The position numbers and the translations under genes are program-made. The notes beneath the pieces were generated by a model that was given only the letters and a program-made list of their open reading frames with translations, ran no database searches and was not told the origin of the DNA. Shown piece by piece: positions 55,665 to 64,000 of a DNA stretch of 64,000 nucleotides. The DNA is from Candidatus Saccharimonadia bacterium. Its GTDB lineage: Bacteria; Patescibacteriota; Saccharimonadia; UBA4664. The stretch is from the NCBI GenBank assembly GCA_041743505.1, contig JBGTMQ010000019.1:70147-134146 (forward strand). Reading direction: 5' to 3'. Numbering within the stretch: the first letter of the stretch is position 1; each line of letters begins with the position of its first letter.

Positions 55665-56363
55665 CTACTTTTGCTTCATAATGTCATCGGACTTTAGCCC
55701 GGTAAGTTTCTCGATGCGCAGTAAAAGATATGAAATAACCACCACGATCCCCACCATCAGCGGCAACGCGATTGCCGGCAAGCTTACCAGCCTCAGGTGT
55801 GCATATTCCTGGTTGAAAGCGTCAGAGCCAGTTGGGCTTTGGATAATAATGTGAGTCAAAATATAGCTCGCCACCGCAATAGCCGCAAAAATTCCGCATA
55901 ACGCATAAGCTGCGTTGGTAGCCGTTTGCTCAACTTTCTTCAACGTTCCTTTCTCCCTGGCGGCTTCGCTCACGACGTTCATGTCAAAAATTCTTTTCAG
56001 CAGCGCATTAACCACCGGGCGTTTAATCAGTTGCCCAACCAAAATCACCACCACAATAAACACGTACGGCACACTCCGCCGGATAGCCAGCCAATTCTCG
56101 TCCAGATTAAACAAACCAATCGCGCCCGTCACCAGCAAGCCGCCAATCACCGCCAGCGATACCATACTAACTTTCCGGCGGCGCCATATGCTGTATATCT
56201 CAAACCCAACCGGAAACGCCAATGCCAGCAAAAACGCCTTAGTGGCACCGAGCTCGGACTCTGCGCTAAAACGGGTCAGAATAAATATCGGAATAATAAA
56301 ATTAACAAACAGCTGCAACAGAAAAGATGGTTTCCCGGAATTCGCTCGAGTATCTTTCGTCAT
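55665..56363 (-). CDS. polytopic membrane protein of unknown function
   Basis: 232 aa, 5-6 TM; 4-nt overlap with the upstream LigT-like gene. Confidence 0.45.
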   Translation of the reverse strand: MTKDTRANSGKPSFLLQLFVNFIIPIFILTRFSAESELGATKAFLLALAFPVGFEIYSIWRRRKVSMVSLAVIGGLLVTGAIGLFNLDENWLAIRRSVPYVFIVVVILVGQLIKRPVVNALLKRIFDMNVVSEAAREKGTLKKVEQTATNAAYALCGIFAAIAVASYILTHIIIQSPTGSDAFNQEYAHLRLVSLPAIALPLMVGIVVVISYLLLRIEKLTGLKSDDIMKQK

Positions 56364-56968
56364 TTTTTCTCCAAGGGGTAAGTTCGAATTATCTCATACT
56401 GCAACAGTGGCTTTATGACATTCTTGATGAGTTTAAATTCTGTCACCTCTTCTTCAAATAATACGCTATGGCGCCTCACAACCTCTTGCACTTTCTCAAG
56501 CTCTGCTTCAGCCTCGTATCGCGCTATGGAGCTATGAACAATATCCGGTGGCGCGTTTGTCTCGGCTGGCAAGGGAAACCCCTCGAGCAGTTGCGTCCGG
56601 ATGGCATTAAAAACGCCCCCATCCTGCCCACGCACGATAATCGCCTGGGGGCTGGCTTGAACAGTATCAAACACAACTTTAATGGGCCTATGTATTGATA
56701 AAACGCCGGCTGGTACGTTCTCGTAGTCCGCTTTGTGCAGCCTATAAAGCGATTCTTTATCCTGGCTATACGGCTTGGTTTGGATTATTTCGAGGAGCGT
56801 AATATGCAACGATTCCGGCGGCATTGTCCACAACATACCCGGTAATTCTCTGGATAATTCATTAAGTAGGCTTACGATCCGCCTTTGTCCCGTCTGGCTA
56901 ATAAAAGCCACAATAGCGTAACCAGTAATTTCCGTTCCGGTATCAGTGGCAGGCAGGGTTTTTGTCAT
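56360..56968 (-). CDS. 2H-phosphoesterase (LigT / 2'-5' RNA ligase-like)
   Basis: two HxT/Sx motifs (LHITLLE and VHSSIAR) about 90 aa apart. Confidence 0.6.
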   Translation of the reverse strand: MTKTLPATDTGTEITGYAIVAFISQTGQRRIVSLLNELSRELPGMLWTMPPESLHITLLEIIQTKPYSQDKESLYRLHKADYENVPAGVLSIHRPIKVVFDTVQASPQAIIVRGQDGGVFNAIRTQLLEGFPLPAETNAPPDIVHSSIARYEAEAELEKVQEVVRRHSVLFEEEVTEFKLIKNVIKPLLQYEIIRTYPLEKK

Positions 56969-57051
56969 GGCTCAAAGTATATCAAACGACCCTCTTACCC
57001 GCCCCTCCATCCGCCTAGACCGCAGGCTTAAGCCGTGACACAATTCCCAAT

Positions 57052-58344
57052 ATGAATAACCACGCTGAAGCCGTCTTTCTAATTCAAGCGGCAGTTCTTA
57101 TCGGTATACCTTATGCCTTGTGGCAAATTAAAGCCATCCGCAGTTTTATGCCACTCGTGGTCATCCAGGTATTGCTCGGAATCGTGCTGGGCCCCTCGCT
57201 CTTTGGTTACCTCGCCCCGGATCTCTTTAACCAGCTCTTTGCCCCGGATTCGCTAAAAGTATTAAGCGGGGTTGGTTGGCTGGGCGTATGTATGCTAGGG
57301 TTTCTGACCGGCCTGCATTTTGACTTAAGCGAAGTCGCCAAACGAGGCTTCAAGTTTTTTTTCTTCAGCCTGAGTACCATGATCGTGCCTATGGCTCTAG
57401 GTGCACTCCTCGCCTATGGAATTTATGCTTCCCAAATAATACCTATTGGTGTCCACCCGGCCATATTCATATTCGGCATGAGCATTGCCTTTGGGGTTAC
57501 CGCGCTGCCGGTCCTAAGCGCCATCCTCATTGAAATGCGCTTAATAGACACCAGCATCGGCCAGCGCGTGCTTGGTTATGCCACATTAAATGATGCCATG
57601 CTATGGGTATTTGTGGCCGTATTAGCCGCCGTCACGGCTTCAGGATCAGCCGGCGACGCATCTTCCGTAGTATCAACAACCCTACTCATGCTGGTGCGTA
57701 TCTTCGGCTTCCTAGCCATCATGTATCTCGCGGTCCGGCCGCTACTGGGTCACGCCTACGACAAAGGCTGGATAGCCAGCGATACAGCACCCGCCCATCT
57801 CGCCATTCTTCTTTCCCTAGCCTTTGTCTGTGCCATTATCACGCAGGTAATCGGGGTACACTTCTTACTTGGAGCGTTTATATTTGGCATCATGCTGCCG
57901 GCTCCAGTCAAGCGCCGCCTCCACGGCATACTTGATACGTTCACCATGGTCGTCTTGATGCCTTTCTATTTCATGCTTGTCGGCCTTCAAACATCGTTTT
58001 CTTTCAGCGATAGCAGTGTGTGGGTACTCTTTGGAGCGGCCACCTTCGTGGCAGTTATTGGAAAAATGCTGGGCACGGCTCTGCCAGATTATTACATCAA
58101 CCGTTCCGGACTTGCCGAATCCCTCCGGGCCGGCGCCTTAATGCAAACCAAGGGCCTCATGGAAGTCATCGTCTTAAACATTATGCTGGCGGCCCATATC
58201 ATCACGCCTACGGTATTCACTGCTATGTTACTTATGGCTGTCGCAACGACTTTCCTAACCAAGCCTCTCATGCTGCTTATTGCAAAGATACTTTCCAGCC
58301 CGCCACCACAAGCACCCTTCCGGCCTGCTGCCCAGACCAATTAA
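57052..58344 (+). CDS. cation:proton antiporter (CPA family, Kef/NhaP-like)
   Basis: 430 aa, 11-12 TM; typical N-terminus with conserved charged residues in mid-helices. Confidence 0.7.
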   Translation: MNNHAEAVFLIQAAVLIGIPYALWQIKAIRSFMPLVVIQVLLGIVLGPSLFGYLAPDLFNQLFAPDSLKVLSGVGWLGVCMLGFLTGLHFDLSEVAKRGFKFFFFSLSTMIVPMALGALLAYGIYASQIIPIGVHPAIFIFGMSIAFGVTALPVLSAILIEMRLIDTSIGQRVLGYATLNDAMLWVFVAVLAAVTASGSAGDASSVVSTTLLMLVRIFGFLAIMYLAVRPLLGHAYDKGWIASDTAPAHLAILLSLAFVCAIITQVIGVHFLLGAFIFGIMLPAPVKRRLHGILDTFTMVVLMPFYFMLVGLQTSFSFSDSSVWVLFGAATFVAVIGKMLGTALPDYYINRSGLAESLRAGALMQTKGLMEVIVLNIMLAAHIITPTVFTAMLLMAVATTFLTKPLMLLIAKILSSPPPQAPFRPAAQTN

Positions 58345-58604
58345 AGCCGGATGAAATTACTGGTATAAACGTCCGCCTCACCCTTATCAAACAACTTCAA
58401 AACCTCCACTTCCAGTGATGTCTTGCCGGTTTCAAGTATCAGCTTTCGAACCGCCACTTTACCATAGTAACGGTAATTTTCGTCACAAATCTCAACCGGA
58501 TATTCAGCGGGTAAAGCCGCTCTTTGCTCTTCGTAATCCGGTATGGTTCCCCAACCCTGATAGTTTTCAGGTCCAGTACGTCGGGTGGTACAACCAGCAA
58601 GCAA
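58341..58604 (-). CDS. hypothetical small protein
   Basis: 87-aa ORF, no motif. Confidence 0.3.
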   Translation of the reverse strand: MLAGCTTRRTGPENYQGWGTIPDYEEQRAALPAEYPVEICDENYRYYGKVAVRKLILETGKTSLEVEVLKLFDKGEADVYTSNFIRL

Positions 58605-58630
58605 TTAAATTCCAGCTGATACCCCAAAAT

Positions 58631-59083
58631 TTATAGAACCTGATGCCGCTTGCCGCGCGCTAAGTGCTCTTCGTCAAACAAATAAATCGCCTCGGGACTC
58701 AGCTTGTACAGCCTGTGCAAAGTATTCCCAGCCACAAAGTCGCTCACCCAGTCATCGGTTTTCAAGAACCGCTGAGCATAACGCTCCACAATGCCTCGGT
58801 CATAATCCGGCGGTTGCAATACCGCTGCCCGGCCTTCAAGCTGCACGCCAATCACGGCTTGCCCAACTACAGAATTTACGGCCATCGCTGCCGCCACCCG
58901 CGGGTTCGCCGCAATATCCTGGCTATGCCGCCGCGTCGGCAAGCTGGCCCAATACAAGTTACGGTCCGCATCAGCAATAAACCAAACGGTACATGCCCAC
59001 GGCCCGTCATTGGCAGCCGTCGCCAGCTGCATCACATGCTGCTCGGCTAAATACTGATCTAGTAATTCTTGCATAGCTGACAT
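58631..59083 (-). CDS. pyridoxamine 5'-phosphate oxidase-like FMN-binding protein
   Basis: QHVMQLATAANDGPWACTVWFIAD...LYWAS split-barrel pattern. Confidence 0.55.
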   Translation of the reverse strand: MSAMQELLDQYLAEQHVMQLATAANDGPWACTVWFIADADRNLYWASLPTRRHSQDIAANPRVAAAMAVNSVVGQAVIGVQLEGRAAVLQPPDYDRGIVERYAQRFLKTDDWVSDFVAGNTLHRLYKLSPEAIYLFDEEHLARGKRHQVL

Positions 59084-59244
59084 TATAAGCTATTGATCCG
59101 CCCTAAAACATCGAACCTCGATTCGAGACCTTGGGGTGGTGCCGGAGTCCATATCCGGCTCCTCGCATTTGGATAATGCGAGAGGCCCCGTTTTGCGTCT
59201 TGGCGACGCGGGATGGGGTTCCTGGGAAGCGAATCTCGCCGTCC

Positions 59245-59766
59245 TTACGTGAACTGCAAGAGTTGATCAGGGTCCAGGCCGAGACGGTACGCGCTAAGCA
59301 ACAAGATGAAATGCTTTGCAAATTGTTGCAGCTCTTGGCGCACCAGGGTCAGGTTTCGCCGATAAAGCAGGCGCATTAACCCAGTTTCCACGAGCGCGTC
59401 AATGACGGCCGTGATCTGATCCTCAACCCCCCATTCATCCATTTCCCTGTAGGCTGCAGTGGTAAATCGCTCCTGCCAACCATTCGAAAAATCAGACCAG
59501 CTAAGCAGCTTGGCGAAGTGCGACCCGGCCAGGGTGCGGGCAAATACCTCCAGAGGAGCGTAAACCTGGTCCGTACGGTTCGGGCCGTCAGCCAACGGAT
59601 CTCTGATAGGCTGCAGCGAATCCGAAGCGACACCGGGGAACTGCTCACCCTGGCCGCCAGGAAATTGGCCGGTTAGGTTGAACAGAGCCATGCGTATATG
59701 TCGCTTCATGTCTTCGTGAGAGATAGCAGCTTGGAATAGCAGGTTCTGCTTCGTTGTGAAGGCCAT
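59245..59766 (-). CDS. hypothetical protein (possible DinB/YfiT-like four-helix bundle)
   Basis: 173-aa ORF, weak. Confidence 0.35.
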   Translation of the reverse strand: MAFTTKQNLLFQAAISHEDMKRHIRMALFNLTGQFPGGQGEQFPGVASDSLQPIRDPLADGPNRTDQVYAPLEVFARTLAGSHFAKLLSWSDFSNGWQERFTTAAYREMDEWGVEDQITAVIDALVETGLMRLLYRRNLTLVRQELQQFAKHFILLLSAYRLGLDPDQLLQFT

Positions 59767-59868
59767 CTCGGTCTCCTGGTTGTAGAAGGTACACCACCTA
59801 AATTACATTATAACACATAATGGGCTACAAGTAAAGCAAGTCTCCTGCGAACGGCTGCGGTCAGCACG

Positions 59869-60294
59869 TTACCAAGCCGGATTACCCGGTACATAAGTCC
59901 CAAACGACCAGTGAAACCCTTCCGGGTCAAGCAAGTCACAAGCATAGTTTCCCCACGCAGTTTCTACGGGTGCCCTGAGAGACTTCGCTCCGGCTTTCAT
60001 CGCCCTATCGTATAACTCACGAACAGCCTCCTCCGAACCGAGGGTAATGTATGGTCCTTGTCTGGATGTATGGTTCTTAACGTGAGGCACTTCAAAACCT
60101 TCATGATCAGCTTGGACCATAACAACTGCCTCACCAAGCTTCAACTCAGCATGAGCGATACCGCCTCTTTCTTCGTCAGGGTATGCCACAACCTTCTCAA
60201 ACCCGAACGCCTCGCTCAAAAATTTAATCGCGTTAGATGGGTCCTTGTAGCACAAGAACAAAAATAATTTCGGCTGCTCATTATCTGCCATCAT
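59869..60294 (-). CDS. VOC-family (glyoxalase/bleomycin-resistance fold) protein
   Basis: 141 aa; paired beta-alpha-beta-beta-beta modules; H/E metal-ligand positions. Confidence 0.6.
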   Translation of the reverse strand: MMADNEQPKLFLFLCYKDPSNAIKFLSEAFGFEKVVAYPDEERGGIAHAELKLGEAVVMVQADHEGFEVPHVKNHTSRQGPYITLGSEEAVRELYDRAMKAGAKSLRAPVETAWGNYACDLLDPEGFHWSFGTYVPGNPAW

Positions 60295-60372
60295 TAATCC
60301 TTTTCATTAATCGTCATGCCACCCATTATATTTGTTGGCCTATAACTATTGATTGAATAAAAACGCCAAAAC

Positions 60373-61041
60373 TCAGCCGCCCAAGTGTCTGGCAATTATC
60401 TGCCCCGGCGTTTCTGATCTCAGTAGCTTAAATGCCCGGGTCATATGCGCCTGGTCTGCGAAGCCTGCCTCAGCCGCAGCGTTTGACACAGAGTATCCCT
60501 GTTGCAGCAGGAAAAACGCGTAACGCGCCCGCCTCAGTTGCTCGATCTGTTTTTTGGTTACCCCGGTCGTATCTTTGTGCTGCCGTTGCCAGCTGCGCCT
60601 TGAAAGCCCCCTAACATCACCATTTAAAGACCGCTCTATCGCCTCATCAGACACAATAACTCCATCGCGCTCGAGTTTTACCACAAAATCCTCAATCGTT
60701 TCATACGACGGTATCGAATATGCCACCCCGGCTATCAAAACTTGCCGGCCCACGACCAGCAACGCAGCGATAGCCCCAAGTATCGCCGGCTTTTTCACCC
60801 CGCGCAAAACTATGTGTGCTTTAAATTCCACTCCCCAGTGACGCTCACCCCGCACACAATATAGTTGCCGCGGGGTCAGACTTGGACCAATTAGCTCGGC
60901 CGACAACCGGCCATCAGTATGCTCAGTAAACGCCAGCCCCCAATATTCGTTGGCTGGGTCTACGAACCTGTCATCTTCGCTGACCACGGCTCGCCAAACG
61001 CAGTTAACAAGCTTCAATCCTGATGAATGCTGCTCGTACAT
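60373..61041 (-). CDS. AraC-family transcriptional regulator
   Basis: C-terminal AraC HTH (YSVSNAAAEAGFADQAHMTRAFK). Confidence 0.65.
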   Translation of the reverse strand: MYEQHSSGLKLVNCVWRAVVSEDDRFVDPANEYWGLAFTEHTDGRLSAELIGPSLTPRQLYCVRGERHWGVEFKAHIVLRGVKKPAILGAIAALLVVGRQVLIAGVAYSIPSYETIEDFVVKLERDGVIVSDEAIERSLNGDVRGLSRRSWQRQHKDTTGVTKKQIEQLRRARYAFFLLQQGYSVSNAAAEAGFADQAHMTRAFKLLRSETPGQIIARHLGG

Positions 61042-61071
61042 GAACCTATTTGACCTATATTTTGCGCTAGA

Positions 61072-61674
61072 TTACTGAACAATAGCAGCAGTGTCTTTTG
61101 GTTGGCGGCCTATCAGGCCCAACAACTTATCTTCCGACGAGGCATCGTCTTTAATCCTAATCTCGGGCGGGAAAACACCGGCCTCACGCAAATAGTCTGC
61201 GTTTGGGGCAGCGATGTCCCACAAGCCTTTCACGACATCTTCGGGCAGACTTACATCCACGCCGGTAAGCGCCCCGATATCATATGCTGCTGTACTACGC
61301 TGGAGGGAGATATCAGACAAATAGTCACTGGCCGGAAAGTCACCATACGAGATGTGCACCACCTGCTTCATATCAGTCTGCGCCCTAGCCGCTTCATTTG
61401 CAGCGTCACTCAACTTTTCATAATTGGCCATAGGGTCATCCTTGAGCAGATCCTCATCGAACTCTGTATTGGTCGCCAGCCCCGTTTCCCCATGCAGGAC
61501 CTTCGGTACGCACAAGTTCTCGTACGCCAAGATATTAATCGTTGTCTTCAGCACTTGGCCGTCACGGTAGCGCATGTGTGCCGGTACTTCCAGCTCAAAT
61601 TGTTCCGGAGTTATCTGTTTTACAGCATCAGTCAGCGCTTGGTTGGTAGCAACAAAAAGTTTTTTGACATCCAT
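61072..61674 (-). CDS. hypothetical protein
   Basis: start taken at MDVKK to avoid overlapping the divergent NUDIX start; no motif. Confidence 0.4.
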   Translation of the reverse strand: MDVKKLFVATNQALTDAVKQITPEQFELEVPAHMRYRDGQVLKTTINILAYENLCVPKVLHGETGLATNTEFDEDLLKDDPMANYEKLSDAANEAARAQTDMKQVVHISYGDFPASDYLSDISLQRSTAAYDIGALTGVDVSLPEDVVKGLWDIAAPNADYLREAGVFPPEIRIKDDASSEDKLLGLIGRQPKDTAAIVQ

Positions 61675-61716
61675 AGTTATCAATATACCAGACTGATGGA
61701 GGTATAGAATATAACC

Positions 61717-62106
61717 ATGAACACCCAATCCATCAGTGTTTACGGGGTTTATCTTAACGAAGCCGCCGAAGTACTATTAATAAACGACTCGAGTTCACAC
61801 GTATGGGGGTTCCCTGGCGGCTCAGTCGAAAAAGATGAGACCGAAACCCAAGCCCTAAAACGAGAATTTATTGAAGAAGCTGGTCTAACAATTCTAGGCA
61901 AACCTGTATTTATAACTGAACAAACTCACAACGGAAAAATACGACGCTTTTACTCGCTAGAAAATGTTGAGGGGAGTTTGCTAATCGACGGTAACAACGA
62001 CGATACCGCGGCAGCCAAGTTCTTTAGTCCACCAAATCTCGATAATATGCCATTAGCTCAAGGTGTGAAGGAAATTTTGGAACAGCACCATCAACGAAGT
62101 CCATAA
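61717..62106 (+). CDS. NUDIX hydrolase
   Basis: Nudix box GGSVEKDETETQALKREFIEEAGL. Confidence 0.7.
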   Translation: MNTQSISVYGVYLNEAAEVLLINDSSSHVWGFPGGSVEKDETETQALKREFIEEAGLTILGKPVFITEQTHNGKIRRFYSLENVEGSLLIDGNNDDTAAAKFFSPPNLDNMPLAQGVKEILEQHHQRSP

Positions 62107-62246
62107 TCTGCCTACTGGTATAGTAACAACAACATGAGTTTCAAGTACTTCGGCCTGGTTTGGCGCATTTTTTACTCCGATACTATTTATCGCTTATACA
62201 TAACAAAAACCTCCAAGTTGGAAGTGGAGAGCTATACAATAATCCC

Positions 62247-62903
62247 ATGAGAATATTAATCTTTGGCGACAGCATATCCCAGGGCTACTTCGATTTAGAA
62301 ATGGGCGGGTGGGTCAATCTGCTGGCCATCGATGTGTTGAAACGCAAAGTCCGCCGCAACGACAACCCCACCGAGGTCTTTAATGTCTCCGTATCCGGCG
62401 ATACGACTCGCCGCGTCATAACGCGCCTAAAGGCCGAAATCAAGCCCAGGCTTTGGAAAGCCGAGCCGGTTTTACTCATCTTTGCCATTGGCATAAACGA
62501 TACGCACCTGGAAAATGACCGGCCAGTCTCCACCCTTGAGCAATTTGCTACAGAGCTAGAGGAGCTATATGGCCTTGCCTCGTCATCCTCGAACCACATC
62601 ATCTTTATCGGCCTGCAGCCCGTGGATGAAGCTGAAAGCTCTCCCTGGAAATTTAATATTGGCCCAGATAAACTGAGCTGGAAAAATAGTCGAATCCGCC
62701 TCTTTGACACCCAGCTCAAAAACTTCGCCGAAAGTAGGGGTGCCGGTTACATACCCATCTTTGACGCTTTCATTAAGCAACAGCAAAAAGGCGTAAAGCT
62801 GCATGCCGACGGTCTGCACCCCAATAGCGATGGGCACAAGCTTATGTACCAACTCATCCAGCCGACAATCAACGAGGTATATCAAAGACTAAAATCTAGC
62901 TAG
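62247..62903 (+). CDS. SGNH/GDSL-family hydrolase
   Basis: block I IFGDSIS, block V DGLHPNSDGH. Confidence 0.7.
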   Translation: MRILIFGDSISQGYFDLEMGGWVNLLAIDVLKRKVRRNDNPTEVFNVSVSGDTTRRVITRLKAEIKPRLWKAEPVLLIFAIGINDTHLENDRPVSTLEQFATELEELYGLASSSSNHIIFIGLQPVDEAESSPWKFNIGPDKLSWKNSRIRLFDTQLKNFAESRGAGYIPIFDAFIKQQQKGVKLHADGLHPNSDGHKLMYQLIQPTINEVYQRLKSS

Positions 62904-63673
62904 GCGGGCCGGTCGTTGAAACTTAGCCATAAAAATATGGCGGCTGCACACATATCTGCCAGTGTCCCAATCCCAACTTGGGGATTATTCTGCTTCTGGG
63001 CATTAAAAATAGCTTTCGTCGACAGTATAACTTCACCCTTCTCGCTATACTCATCAAAAAAGGCCCGTAAAATGGGCAACCCTCGCTTATAGTGGTCAGT
63101 CCATTGAAAGATCGAGCTCTCAGGTGGGAAGTCCTTACCAGCTGCTATGTAATAATCCCAAACGCTTTCTAGATCTTTGTATTTACCCGGCCCAAAAACG
63201 GTCTTGTAAGGCCTGGTTGACGTTGACCAGGCCAGCTTCCTGGTGGCCATCAAGAAACCAACATCATCGTTTCGCGTCTTCTTGATAAGCTCAATAACCG
63301 TATCAATAACAGCATCCGGATCATTAGTCGTTAAACGCGCGGCAACAACCGGAAACATTATCTCTAGCAAGCCAAAGTTAACGTATTTAGCAGATTTATG
63401 CTTATTCGATGACTCTAGGGCGGCCACATTGTAGGCAAAAAGCGGAGCGTTCGGATTTTGTGCTAGCGACTGGGCAAACACGGCAAAAGCACCCGAGCAA
63501 TTAATGCCTGCCAATACAAAATCCCGAAGCGGTTTCCCGGGCAGATCTTCGTATCTTGTGGTGCAGCCTGGTTTATCGGTCAAGGCTTCAAGCACAAAAG
63601 CCTTTGCTACAAGTTGTTGTACCTCTTGGGCCGATAGCGAGTGTTCCTGAGTCATAATAGCTTTCTTCAACAA
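62900..63673 (-). CDS. hypothetical protein
   Basis: 257-aa ORF; 4-nt overlap with the convergent SGNH gene end. Confidence 0.35.
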   Translation of the reverse strand: MLKKAIMTQEHSLSAQEVQQLVAKAFVLEALTDKPGCTTRYEDLPGKPLRDFVLAGINCSGAFAVFAQSLAQNPNAPLFAYNVAALESSNKHKSAKYVNFGLLEIMFPVVAARLTTNDPDAVIDTVIELIKKTRNDDVGFLMATRKLAWSTSTRPYKTVFGPGKYKDLESVWDYYIAAGKDFPPESSIFQWTDHYKRGLPILRAFFDEYSEKGEVILSTKAIFNAQKQNNPQVGIGTLADMCAAAIFLWLSFNDRPA

Positions 63674-63718
63674 AGTGTACGAAGTTAGGGTCGCGCTAAG
63701 TTTGGATCCTTCCTAAGG

Positions 63719-63997
63719 CTATATCGCCTTAAACTGTACATTTAATCGCTTAGGAACCTTAAAGTCGATTGATTTTACAGGATACTTCTCGGCTAGTTGT
63801 TTCGGAATCTCGGGTTCATCAATCTTAGTGAGAGAGAAGCCATTCTGAAGAAACGGACTTGTATACTGCTGCAGGTTTCTGTGAATTTTAGTCACATTAC
63901 TATAGGTGGTACCGATTCGGACCTCAAACCGTCGCATCTCCCAATACGGAATGTCATCATCGGGATGAGAGAATATTGCCAGAAGTGGATGTTGCAC
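63719..63997 (-). CDS. hypothetical small protein
   Basis: 92-aa ORF at the window edge. Confidence 0.25.
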   Translation of the reverse strand: MQHPLLAIFSHPDDDIPYWEMRRFEVRIGTTYSNVTKIHRNLQQYTSPFLQNGFSLTKIDEPEIPKQLAEKYPVKSIDFKVPKRLNVQFKAI

Positions 63998-64000
63998 CGA

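Noticed and set aside
59084-59244. Possible tRNA or tmRNA-like gene in the structured intergenic region
   Set aside because: Could not be folded into a cloverleaf on either strand: no 7-bp acceptor stem with a GTTCRANYC T-loop, only two internal hairpins. Retained only as a generic structured element

Overview
This 64-kb window reads as a bacterial chromosomal segment: housekeeping backbone genes interrupted by many short accessory insertions. The backbone genes are yebC, ruvC, ruvA, ruvB, comEC, tsaE, tsaB, rny, ymdB and hup. Several features together fit a Gram-positive-type or Patescibacteria/Saccharibacteria-like lineage, though this is inference only: RNase Y plus YmdB, a long type IV pilus locus with no secretin, a truncated ComEC, and a surface lamin-tail-domain protein.

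The main blocks, in order:
(1) 1-3.6 kb: an intact 853-bp IS1595-family element with an 8-bp target-site duplication, sitting just upstream of a consensus promoter, a 56-aa small ORF and a terminator. A DNPH1/Rcl-like gene and two tandem paralogous small membrane proteins lie alongside.
(2) 3.6-8.3 kb: a probable exopolysaccharide operon. A processive family-2 glycosyltransferase (D, DxD, TED, QxxRW motifs) is flanked by two secreted CBM+CE4 polysaccharide deacetylases and followed by two translationally coupled tiny membrane peptides.
(3) 19.5-27.1 kb: a glycogen cluster. It carries glgA, a GH57 branching-enzyme-like gene, an APH-fold kinase and glgP, with two paralogous PHP-domain phosphoesterases.
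(4) 27.3-29.3 kb: two small secreted 4-Cys proteins alternating with small membrane proteins.
(5) 34.8-45.4 kb: a complete minus-strand type IV pilus locus (pilB, pilC, pilA, two minor pilins, a large tip-like pilin, pilMNO). Single-gene cassettes with their own terminators are inserted between pilC and pilA. PilB carries a roughly 115-residue Pro/Ala-rich insertion that splits its tetracysteine motif.
(6) 45.9-47.8 kb: a lamin-tail-domain triple-repeat protein with a histone-H1-like KA-rich tail and a C-terminal TM anchor.
(7) 50.8-52.2 kb: a secreted cutinase-like esterase.
(8) 54.6-57.0 kb: a LigT(2H)-membrane-SemiSWEET-P-loop-kinase operon.
(9) 57-64 kb: a CPA antiporter and small detox/stress genes.

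No rRNA, tRNA or CRISPR array was found. Gene calls rest on motif recognition by eye. Coordinates of starts are approximate where stated.
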